A DNA stretch of 64,000 nucleotides. Origin: Lingula anatina. Lineage: Eukaryota > Animalia > Brachiopoda. A program made the translations under genes and the position numbers. The stretch lies in assembly GCA_051362555.1 (NCBI GenBank), contig CM120647.1, forward strand, positions 15,228,651 to 15,292,650, given 5' to 3'. The notes beneath the pieces were generated by a model. That model was given only the letters and a program-made list of their open reading frames with translations. It did no database searches and was not told the origin of the DNA. This document shows, one piece after another, positions 12,731-24,381 of this stretch. Position 1 is the stretch's first letter. Each line of letters starts with the position of its first letter.

Positions 12731-15700
12731 ATGGCAGGCAAAGAAATATGGTCAAAACTTCGCCAATTTGACGCCTACCCTAAAACTTTGGAAGATTTTC
12801 GAGTAAAAACTTTCACAGGAGCTACAGGTGAGTGGCCAATGGGGTTGTTGTTTTTATGATCGGCGAAGTAGAAAAAAGACATCACGAGTGTAACCTAGCG
12901 CGCATGCTGTCAGTTTTTCATTGGTCGAGTGTTGGCAACTATTTGAAATCCTATTGTTGCTCGATTATAAGATAATAATACAATAACAAGCGACAACAGT
13001 TCCCTTTATATTGACAAACTGTGCTAAGCATGGGAAGATCGACAGTTTTGCAGCAAAAACATGGCAGGAAAACGCATGGCAGTCTTTTTGCATTTGAGTT
13101 ATTTGCACAACTCAGCACAAGTAAAGACGTTTTGAGGAGTTTCGACTGTTAGGGGTGCTAACTAGTTAAGATGAAGGGCTTTAAGGGTAATGAAATAGAG
13201 TTTGTTTGAAATTAGCCACTGACGCCTATAATTGAGATTGACATGCTGATCACAGAATTTTGGAGAAATCCTTGAACTTTCCCATCCCCCTCCATGTCTT
13301 AATGACGTACACTGTACCAGTAGGGCCTAAGTTGTTATATAACCTGCAATTTGATAAATCCTTTATGTTTATATATGCATTTTTTCAATTTATTATTTTT
13401 AATTACAAGTGGTAATATAACCATGCATTGTCACCTTTGGGTCCAGTTAATCTCCATGTATTTAATGTTTTCTTATTTCTTATCAATTTTACAGTGACAG
13501 TTGTGAGTGGACTGCTGATGTTTATCCTGTTTGTCTCTGAACTGAGCTATTACCTGTCAACTGATGTCAATGCAGAGCTGTTTGTGGACACCTCTCGAGG
13601 GCAGAAACTGCGTATCAACGTAGATGTCACCTTTCCCAAACTTGCATGTGGATGTAGGTCACATTTTGTCTTCAACTGTTTTTTTTTCAAAAGGCATGCA
13701 TGAATACAGCCATACTTACATTAATACATACACACACACATGCACACATACACACATGCACAGATGCACATAAGCAGGTAAACACAGGCCAATTCATCAG
13801 GTATATCATAGTGGGGTGTCTCTTATTCATTTGAAAATTTATTTTGTTTTGACCATTAATGTTGAAATTCTGTTGATTTATTTACCTCTAAGAAAGATGA
13901 AAAATTGAAATAAGAAGAGAATCAGCATGTACAACATCATTATGTTCATCAAAGCATACTCAAATGAAATATTTTAAAAGAAGCAATAAATTGAAATATG
14001 CAAAATTACATCTTTAAAATTCATGTTTCAGTTGTGAGCATAGATGCAATGGATGTTTCTGGAGAGCAGCAAGTTGATATAGACCATAATATCTTTAAAA
14101 CTAGATTAGATGCCAATGGGAAGCCAGTATATGAACCAAAAAAGGAAAGTAAGTCAAATTGATAAAGATTATGGGACATTTTGCAGAGATAATGTCAACA
14201 TAATTATGTACAGACACAGATGTGGCATTTTTAAATCCTCTAGAATAAAAATGCTGGAGTGTATTTATACATGTTATTTATTTCTTATGCTGTTGATATG
14301 CAAAGAGACAAAAGTGAAATTAACTGAAAGCCTTCTATTTCAGAACTTGGAGACAGCTCACAACAAGTTATTGATGCAGTTAAGAAGCCATTAGATCCCA
14401 ATAGGTGTGAGAGTTGTTATGGAGCAGAAACACCTGATTTAAAGTAAGATATGGATGTCTCTTAAATGATTTCTTCATTACTGGTATCATTACTTCCCCT
14501 TTGCTGTTTAAGGCCCCACTGCATCGAGCAGAACTCTATTTCAGTCTTTTTAAAAATGAAAACAAAATAACTCCTTTTTTTGACCAAATAAGAGTCACAG
14601 GCTTAGCATTTTGCTACATTTTCTTGGTATATTTGAGTAAACCAAGGGTAAATTGAGTGCACTTAAGCACTTGTATTTACATTATTCTTTTCAAGTTTTG
14701 TAGTTAATTTACCACGGTGCATAAATAGGGGTGCTAGAGTATAATTTGTGAAGGTAAAGTTAGCTAATGGCATGTGAACATTTCAGATGCTGTAACACCT
14801 GTGAAGATGTGAGAGAGGCGTACAGGAAAAAAGGTTGGGCTTTCAATGATCCTGATGGTATAGACCAGTGCACACGAGAAGGCTGGTCTGACAAAATGAA
14901 GGCACAACAAAATGAAGGCTGTCGTATCCATGGTTACCTAGAGGTCAACAAGGTGGGGAGTTGTCTCTTAGTAGAGAAATTAATGATTTTTAATTGATTT
15001 TTAATAAAGAATTGAAAAGTTAATAATTGAACAATAAATTATGGGGGAGGAAACATGATATTGGTGGAAAAGTATTTGAGCTTTTTTAAACAAAATAAAA
15101 AGGTGAGACTGGACTATCTCTGAATAAAGAAAAAAATTGTGACAGGTAAAGATATCCTTGTGGTTTTATGTTTTTATGTATATAGCACATAGAGATTTAC
15201 TGTAGATAGCACTATTTTCATATGACTTATCCAACTGCATGTGGCTTTGGTTACATAGACTGAGGTATCAACTCTGTGTAATAGAATGATGCTACCTGTT
15301 GAGCTGGCACAGGTGTCTTAACCATAGCATATTAATGAGAATTATTTTGATTTCAGGTTGCTGGAAATTTCCACTTTGCACCAGGAAAAAGTTTTCAACA
15401 ACACCACGTTCACGGTGAGTACAGAACACAACCACAGTTTTGTCTTTGCTGGTAACCGGTATGAGTATTTTCTGCCTAAGTGCAAAATTTCATGATTTTT
15501 AATTAAGTTCTAAATATGACCACTGAACTATAGGTGTTGGTCCCACAATTAATAGTCAGAGGTAAAAAAAAAAATCTTGTCTGTTTTAAGAAATAAATAG
15601 CCACTCACTTTGGGCATTTCAGAAAATGGGTGGAAGATTGATCTTTTCAAAGACTGCTAAATTTTAAGCTAATCACTTTATATGGTAATAATGGTATACT

Positions 15701-18700
15701 TGTATTGTGGACAGAAAGGAATGTTCAGGTACTGACTGAGTGTTTTATATCACAACATCATAAGAAGACCTTGATATTGAAAATGTCTACCTGTATCACC
15801 CAAGATGACTGTATACTTTGCATAATATCAGCATTTACTTAAAAAAAAAAACATCATTTTCTATTTCAGTCCATGATTTACAAGCCTTTCCTGGACAAAA
15901 GGTAAATGTTAACCAAGCAAACATCCCTTCGTGTCTGACTCAAATTAAAGAGTTAAAGAATATAGTTAATGGGTATCATCTGAGGTAGCCTGTTGTCTCA
16001 TCACTGAGTGTATAATAAAATATTGTGTAAAGCCCTTCATTAGATGCTCATGGATTGTGTCTAAAGTAAGGAATTGTACTGAAGGAGCAGTACATGTCAG
16101 CTTTGTTTTTATCGTGAACACTACTGAAATTATATGTTGAAAACTACCAGTTTTATATTATCCAGCTTACCAAACACGTACATCCAGTATTTTTAAAGAT
16201 TTTATTTAAATAAAATAATAAATATTTCATATTTTTTTGTTTTCTTTCAGTTTAATCTGACTCATTATATAAAACACATCTCATTTGGTAAGGATTATCC
16301 TGGCATAGTAAACCCACTTGATGACACAGAGATTATAACTGAAGAATGTGAGTATTGTCCTACTTAAAAAGTACTTTCTTTTCAACTGGTGTGGCATGGC
16401 AGTAATTATCTAGATCTTATGTTATGGGGGTCTTGGTAATGAGCCAAAAATAAAATAATTTGCAACGTAACGTATTCACTTCATGATACCAGTGAAACTT
16501 ACCTATACAGGGTTAATGTGTAAATTAAGTATCTCATAATGCATTAGATTGTTAATAAAAACCAGTCAGTTGATTTTTTTTCCTCCGACAAATGTCAAGT
16601 ATGCCTTGGTAAAATGAAAAATTGGCAAAGTTTCATAGGCCTTCTAAGTAACCTGGTCATCTCAGTAAGTCCACATTCCTAGTTAAAGTCTGTTTATCCG
16701 TGATTATGATTTTAATAGGATTGGATGGAAGTTGTGTTCTGGGTCTTCCGGAAGGCATTCAGTATTTTTATAGTTTAACTTGACAGGCATCTACTTTTTT
16801 TCTGTGGGAAGGCAGTCAAAATTGGAGGATGAATCAACAAAGATAATATGGAGGACTGTCAAAATATATATCTGAATCTGCCCCCGTTTAAAAATTTTCA
16901 ACCAGAGTTTATTTTAGTCCAAGCATTTTCTGGTTCACTGGCTTTTTTTCTAAATAAATGGCAAGTGTCGAAAGACTTGGAATAACAACAACAACTATGA
17001 TTAGAAAATATTATTATAAACGCCATTTATTTCTCTGATTATTTTTTGCAGTGCATACAACTTGTCATGCACCATGCAAGAAAGTCTCCATCAACAAATC
17101 CTGTGCCGTTATTTATGCCTCATCTTGCCACAAGTGGGCTTCCACTTATTAAAGCATTTCTTCCACCCATTTCCGTAAGGGATAGTAAATTAAAATTTGG
17201 TCAAAACTTTCTTGACAAAAATTAAGTCTACTTTGATTCCAAGTAAAATCAGACACAGTCCAATGCAGTGAAATGATTTATGTCTTATAACAGAGAAAGG
17301 AATGACCATTGTTTCAGACCAATAATTACTCTATTTTAGTGCATTACTGCAAAATTATCCTGAATCGAAGTAGACAAAAATTGGTGTAAATGTTGAGGCC
17401 TAGTTTCAGTCTATAATTTATTTTGTGGAACTGGGCCCTGGAGTGCAGTCGGCCTTCTTTGTGACATTTAATCACTCCGCTATAATTCTCAACCTAATGT
17501 GAGTGAATCATCCATGTTTAAAACTACATGCATATAATAAACAGTTCTGTTAATTTTTTCCTTTTGAAATTTTAACACAACTGATACTGTCAATAAACTT
17601 CAGTAAACAATTCCACATTGAAAACCATGGTTACCATAACAATAAAAATAAGATCTGATTGAGTTTCCCTTGTTGAAAACTGCAGTAATAGATAAAGTGA
17701 ATCCTGGCAGTAAACTTGTAAAGTTAAGTGGAAAAACTGCTGAAACTGCTATCAATATTTTCTGTTCATTGAAGAAACTTGCCAGTCTTCAGACAACTAC
17801 CAGCAGAACCTTCGTAAATGCCAAAACTTCATAGTTTGTAGAAATATAAACTTTTTCTCTTATGTGGCCACTAGATGTCAGCAACGTATACCTGACGCCA
17901 CAGCCATAAATGTTCCAAAAGTGCCGCCGCCTTGTATCATTGTTTTTCCCAGCTCACTGAAAAATTCTCTCCCTCTCAATCCAATTCTGCAATGTGAATA
18001 AAAAACCAGATATATATTATATTTATAATCCATTGTTATATCTATAAACCAGAAGTACTTTTGCTGTGATTAGGGAAAGTGATATCAGGACTTTTTGCAA
18101 AACATCAAATCTAAGAGCAAAGATGGGTTGGGCAATGATTCTTGAATAAGAGTAAATTGTTTTAATTTCTCTCAAAGAAAGTTTGCTTACTAGTAAGTGC
18201 CAAAATCCCAGATAGGGCACCCTTAAGACACTGAACAATAAAACAAAACTTACCTAAATGCATTGAAACCTCCAAACAGTGCCCCGGAGGACATTCCAAC
18301 CAAGAAACCAATTCCAAATCCAAACTTGATCTTGTCCCAGCAACTGGGCTGTCCACCTCCTCTGTTGTAGCCACTAGGTACTGCAGGCATGGTGTTGGAT
18401 TTCTGTTAAAGCTAGGGAGATATAATGGGTTACAAGATGTACATGGTTAATATCCTAATATCGTGGGTTACAAGATATACATGGGTATAATACCATGGGT
18501 TACAAGATATACATGGGTATAAAAACATAATACCAGGTTACAAAATATACATGAGTGACTTTCTCCTTTCAAATGCATGCTTGACAAACTACTATGTGTA
18601 CAATTTGTCCTTACATAATTTAGTATTTTGTATAATTGTAATGTACAAATTATTAGGAACAGTGCATTATATTGGTCATGTACTTGAACTGACAACGCCG

Positions 18701-21206
18701 TACATTTTCTGCCTGTGTAATAACTGAGCTGCATTGCATGAGATTTTCGCTTGTATGACAGAAAACTGGCCATGACTCACTTCGCTATTACAATACAACA
18801 GCTTTTAGCTGAAAAGCCAAGGAATCCCGAACTTGTGTAACTTGAAGAGACAAGTACAAAGCAGAAGTTCCAAGTTTTATTATTGTCATATTGACAATAT
18901 ATCTGCAGTGGATACATTGCTAGCTGGTTGCTACAAGAATGCGACATGTTTTTTTCGTGACTTACTATACCACAAAACACCACGCACAACGTACATATAT
19001 TTTAGAAATTTACACTGAACACGCTGCAGCAAGAGAGCGAGACTTTACTTGAGAATCCAGACTAAGCGCAACAGCACCATATTAGTCAAATGAAGTGTAC
19101 CTGCACAGGTACAGTTTCATAGTTTCATCGTACCTAATGTGTTCTCTGTCCTTGATCTGCGTCCACGTATTGATATTGGTGATAACCTTTCTACACGTGA
19201 AAAGTTTCACCCTGAGCTTTCCACAAATACCCGGCATGCATTGCGGCTTCCGACTTCCCGTTCCGGCAAGAAGTTGTTAAACGTGTTGAACGTGTTGAAA
19301 TAATAATGCACGTTTTTAGGACATTTTCAGTAGGCGATTTAGCACTGCAAATATTCATGACTTACACCGGTAATTTAAGGGAACGAGAGGCGAGCTACTG
19401 AAGTATACTACCAAAAATTCCACTAGAGAAATACATATAAACGAATAAGTTTAAGTGAATATTATAATAAAGTGAATGCAATGAATGAACAAATTTTTTA
19501 AATATTTTTGCAAACCAACCCAAATATATGCAGATTCACCTACCTCTACTTCACCTTTTTTAGATTTAATTTATTCGTTCTTTATCTTCTCCTTCTTCTT
19601 CTTCATCTTCTTCTTCTTATTATTATTATTATTATTTTTATTATTATTATTATTTATTCATTGTATTTATTTTTCTGTGAGGAAGGGGGGGGGTTAAAAT
19701 GTGTATTTGGAAAACAAGAAAAAATTCACATTTCTGCAGTAAGTAATAATTATAAGAAAAGCCCAAGCCATAAATATGCAACAGAATGTATTATTGGTTT
19801 TTCTAATTTTGCATATTTCAGCCTCGGCTATGTTCCAGTATTTTGTGAAAATAGTTCCCACAACATATGTGAAGGTAGGGGGACAGGTAAGTTAATTCAA
19901 CCAGTTTTATTATTGCCTCAAGAAAACCTCAATGACCATGTGTAACAAATTTTATAACATCAGGCCCGTTTTATTTATTTATTTATTTATTTATTTTGTG
20001 TGTGTATATATGTAACCAACATACTAGTATACCATGCTCTCTCTCACATCATTCATTAGTCATATTCTACTGGTATGTTTAAAAAAATGATAATAAATTT
20101 CTGTGACCACAACTTCTTCTATTATATTAATAATCCATGTTTCAGGTCCTCACCACCAATCAGTACTCTGTGACCAAGCATTCCAATGTGTTATTAATTG
20201 ATAATCCATGTTTCAGGTCCTCACCACCAATCAGTACTCTGTGACCAAGCATTCCAAGACGATCAGTAAAGGTCTGGGGGAGACGGGATTACCAGGTGTC
20301 TTCTTCATGTATGAATTGTCACCCATGATGGTGAAATATACAGAAAAACAAAGGTATGATCGATAATTCTTTTACCAAAGAGACCTGTGTGTGTGTGTGT
20401 GTTGGGGAGTGGGGGGGGGGTCAAAGGCAGATGGAAAATTTACTTATCAAGGATTGGGAGGTGGGTCAAAAGAATGGCTCTTAGGGCTGGAAAAAGTCCA
20501 CTCTGAATCGGAATTTGATCTAAGTTCTTAATCATTTTTGAAGTTGGGTCAACTATGGTGATAAAAAGTGTTTACTATTTCAGAAAAAAAAAAACTTGTG
20601 AATAGTGATATTCATACCAATACTGTCGAATACATTTTGTGAGGGAGATGGAATGAGCCCTTGAGTGAAGTCAGCCAAGCATATTCTAGTGATAATCCTT
20701 CATTTTAAGCATTATGATTTACAAATAATTATGATTATAAGATAATTATGTGAGTTTTACACTAGCCAAGCGTATTCTAGTGATAATCCTTCATTTTATG
20801 CATTATGATTTACAAATAATTATGATTATAGGATAATTATGTAAGTTTTACACTTTTCAGATCTTTTATGCATTTTCTTACAAGTGTGTGCGCAATAATA
20901 GGGGGCATATTTACAGGTTTGTATTCGTTAATCTTTTCTGAGGTATCAATATTTAATGATAATATGCTCACAACTTTCAAAAAAAAATTACGAAGAATAA
21001 TTTTATGAAATTAGTTTTTAAAGAAGTCTTTTGAATTTTTGGGCATTACATTAAATTTGATAATTTTATGTAAAAAAAATCTACTATACATGTGAAGGGG
21101 ATTATTATTATTATTATTCCTTTCAGTTGCGGGACTTATAGACTCAATGATCTATCACTCTGCTAAAGCAATTCAACAGAAGATTGACTTGGGCAAAGCA
21201 TCATGA
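12731..21206 (+). CDS. ERGIC3: ER-Golgi intermediate compartment protein 3, ~12 coding exons
   Basis: Exons at about 12731-12827, 13495-13653, 14032-14148, 14344-14443, 14787-14952, 15357-15414, 15870-15901, 16251-16347, 19822-19887, 20217-20353, 20861-20916 and 21127-21206. Peptides [95 protein letters not shown] and KIDLGKAS*. Confidence 0.96.
17163..17438. mobile_element. Degenerate MITE-like inverted repeat
   Basis: GTCTACTTTGATTC (~17226) is the near-inverse of GAATCGAAGTAGAC (~17362), AATGCA/TGCATT also pair, and the termini CCCATTTCC / GGAACTGGG are near-complementary. Confidence 0.5.
17878..18390 (-). CDS. ROMO1: Reactive oxygen species modulator 1 (Mgr2 homologue), 81 aa, nested antisense in an ERGIC3 intron
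   Basis: Exons 18254-18390 and 17878-17986 join to give [81 protein letters not shown], matching the ROMO1 pattern (QPSC.D..K.GF...G.RGRE...[14 protein letters not shown]...GIRC). Donor GTAAGT, acceptor TTGCAG. Confidence 0.95.
18425..18555. repeat. Short tandem array in the ROMO1 5' intron
   Basis: About four copies of (A)TGGGTTACAAGAT(G/A)TACATGG with variable spacers. Confidence 0.8.
19247..19266 (-). promoter_or_regulatory. Probable ROMO1 promoter (clustered ETS/GABP-like sites)
   Basis: Minus strand CCGGAA-CGGGAAGT-CGGAAG in a CpG-richer patch upstream of ROMO1. A likely 5' UTR exon ends at the donor GTGAGT at 18780. Confidence 0.5.
20130..20257 (+). repeat. 71-bp-period duplication of an ERGIC3 splice acceptor and exon start
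   Basis: ATAATCCATGTTTCAG|GTCCTCACCACCAATCAGTACTCTGTGACCAAGCATTCCAA occurs at both 20130-20186 and 20201-20257. Confidence 0.95.
20673..20854 (+). repeat. 91-bp tandem duplication just upstream of an ERGIC3 acceptor
   Basis: AGCCAAGC(A/G)TATTCTAGTGATAATCC...TTTTACACT occurs twice with a few substitutions. Confidence 0.9.
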
Positions 21207-23204
21207 TATAATATCAAGATAGCACACTAGCACAAATCATATAAAATAATTTTGTTATAATTATGAATTCAAAAGAGAATATAGTGTATTGTCTACAAAG
21301 ATTTGGCCCTGTCTCTAAATCCACTTATGAATTTGGTGGCAAAATGAGCCCATGTAAAGTAGTTTGTTTGGATTGTTGCTCTTGTAGTTTACTTAGGAGA
21401 ATTCAGTAAAAATTTTTTCTGCAAAGCATTTAGAAATGAATCTTTAAGTTGTTTAATATCTACTATTTTGGAGTAATAATGGGGAAGTCCGAAAGTTATT
21501 CCACCTTCTTGTGCTTCATTAAATTTTAATTTTTTTTTTCTTTTCGTTCTTTGTATTTTTGTCTGTTAGATATAGTGTAGATTTACTATCATTATTATTA
21601 TTAGGTTATTAAGATCCCTTATTAGAATTCTATGAAGGGTGTTTGTAATACCAAAGTGTGTGCAGTTTTTCTTCCAACAGCTCACTTCCTATGAATTGAT
21701 TAGGCATTAGTAGGACAGCATGTTCCAGGAATTTTTTATTTGCCCTTGTTAAGTTTGCTTAGAGAAATGTGGGAAGCTTTGTCAGGTGCAATTTTTTAAA
21801 TCTTTGGTTTTTCTGCTGATAGCTTATGCAATGTATTATAATTGAGTTACAATTGAGCATATTTATGGTAAATCATTGTTATGTATGGCCAGAGTTTCAG
21901 AGAACACTTAAACTAGCCTCTCTACTATGACATATCTCTGTGATTGCCAAGATTGTGAGATGCATGTGTGTACAATAAAAGTGCAGAGTAGAGAGGTGAG
22001 TTTTCAGTGTCCTGAAAGTGGTGGTGCTGTCACAGTATTGATGATACTGTCACAGTATTGATGATACTATTTAAAAAGGGTGTATCAGTTTCTTCAGTTT
22101 TGCTTGACTTTGTAACTTGACATTTTGTTCTTGCAACTTTTTGTTTTTTGTTTATACACCTAGTGATATGGGTTTTGAATTAACTGAGTATTAAATGAGG
22201 TAATTAATTAAATGGGTAATTGTCAGGTCACAGTAATTAGTTGTAATTAAATAAAAATGAAGTATTTAGAAACTTGGAGAAAAAGGTTGATTATAAAGAA
22301 TTTATATTTTCATCAGTAAAGCTTTTATTTTTGATAACAGGGAGTTTGGTTTGAAATATTCCTTAAAATTCAATTGAAGTGATATTTTTTCTCAAATTCT
22401 CTTCTTAAATGAACTCCTGAATTGAAACTGCATTCAGTACTTTTATTTTGGTTATGAGTGGGAAGGTCATGCAGAGAACGAGCTCTTTCCCTATGTACCT
22501 CATATTTATAATACAACAATAAAAACATATTTTATTGATATTGTCTGTTTCTGTTTTGTGGATAAAAAACTGATGTAAAGAAGAGAAAAGTCTTCATGTC
22601 TGTTTCATTTTTTAATTTATTTTATTATATTATTATTATTATTTATTTATTTGTTTATTTTGAAAAACAATTATGGCAACTGGAAAGCGATTTTGATGCC
22701 CAAATGTTAGAAACTGTTTTGCGGAGGGAGGGACAGACGGCCAGTGTATCGGTAATCTAAACCATTAATAAGCCCTATCAATACGCAATAACACTATATG
22801 ATAAACTATTAATATGATGAAAAACCGGACTTTTGCCGGTTCGACTCGTCTGTGTACTGTTTAGTGGGTAAGTAAAAAAAGCAGGTGAGTAAATTTTTTA
22901 GTAAAAATACCTAATGAACAATTGAACTTTGAAACAAAACCTGGAAACTTGATACTAGACACTTTACTTCAGCGTCCCTGACCGGACGCACCTGCATTAC
23001 AAACTGCTCGTTTGCAACAAACCTGTATATAATGATACAAAATGTGTTGCGTCGATATCCGTGCAACTACAGCGATTTCTTTCTCTCTTAGTGGCAATTT
23101 AAGCACTTCTGTTCAATATTTGTCCCGCCTTTTTATCGTTATTTAAAACAATTTAAAAGTCACATATAGAAAGCACTCGTAACCTTTACTATGAACTTGT
23201 AGAC

Positions 23205-23242
<38 letters not shown>

Positions 23243-24352
23243 GAAATTGTTGTAAATGTAAAATGTGCCATATCAGTTTGTATCGTATACGTTCAACTAG
23301 GCTTAAGTAGGCTTACTTACTTTTTTAGATTAGTAATAAGACTCATTTTCAGTCTCACTTTTTTTTTTCTTTCTTTCCCCTGTCCTATTTAGGCCTACTA
23401 TTCATTATTATAATTTTTATATATAAATTCAAAAGTTATTTTCTTATGCGATATTATAAAACGTTTCTGTTTGTGACTGAAATCATGGCTCGCGATCGCG
23501 GCTACCAGCAATGATTGCAGGGATGGGCCGGGTCCGTTAGCTTCAAAGATCTAATTTACTCTCTTCGCCCTTCCACACCCAATATTTTACGGAAGATGAA
23601 AAAGCGCATTTTCTCGTAGGCCTTTTGAGTGAAGTTATGCTAGCACATAATTTTTTCAAGAACAAAATTATTTTAACAACCTTTGAAAAGTAGACCTACG
23701 TCGATCTATTATTAATAAAATAAATTATGCATTTGGGCTTCAAATGTAAATTAATGTAAAACTGATCTTTGGGCCTATAATGATTTGAATTTGATAAAAA
23801 GAGGGTGGGCTCTCAGTTATCGAAATCGCGGTCATAAATCGATTTTATTGCCAAGTAGCCCATATTTGAACAGTCGTAGGCCTTGGAACAGCGCCTGAAA
23901 TTACTGCAACTAGAGGAAAAAATGTTTACTTAGTTGCTTTGCATAAAAAATGAGATCATTTATGTATAAAACAATATATTTTGTTATGACAAATCGATAC
24001 GCCAAAACTTCATCACGAAGTGCGTTTGATACGTTTGATAGTGTAACTTTGTTGAGTTGTGTTTGGGTGATACGCATGCTGCAACTGCGGTAGTTGGGTT
24101 ATAAAAAGAGTGCAAGGAATTCCCTAGCTAGTAAGGAGAATTTGTTTTAAAGCTCAGTAATTCAAGTAAGTATTTTCTCAACACTGAGCATGTTTATAAG
24201 ATAAAATATGAAGACAATGCACAATGTAAGTATAAAGTTATGATTATGATATTTTAAATGCCTTTACACTATGTAATCAAAGAAAGTAAAAACAATAATT
24301 CCGACAAATAAAATTCTCCTAACCATCCCAAGTGCGTGAATGAACTGGCTAG

Positions 24353-24381
24353 TGACGTCATACTATAAATCTGCCATCTTG
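24353..24381 (+). promoter_or_regulatory. Probable PTP4A/PRL promoter: CRE, TATA and YY1 motifs
   Basis: Perfect TGACGTCA (24353-24360), TATAAA (24364-24369) and GCCATCTTG (24373-24381), followed by a strong donor G|GTAAGT at 24464/24465. Confidence 0.6.

Noticed and set aside
22790-24170. Donor-like sites (22868, 22885, 24166) suggesting another gene
   Set aside because: No coding frame found. They may be further upstream PRL leader exons, but this cannot be supported from the sequence alone.
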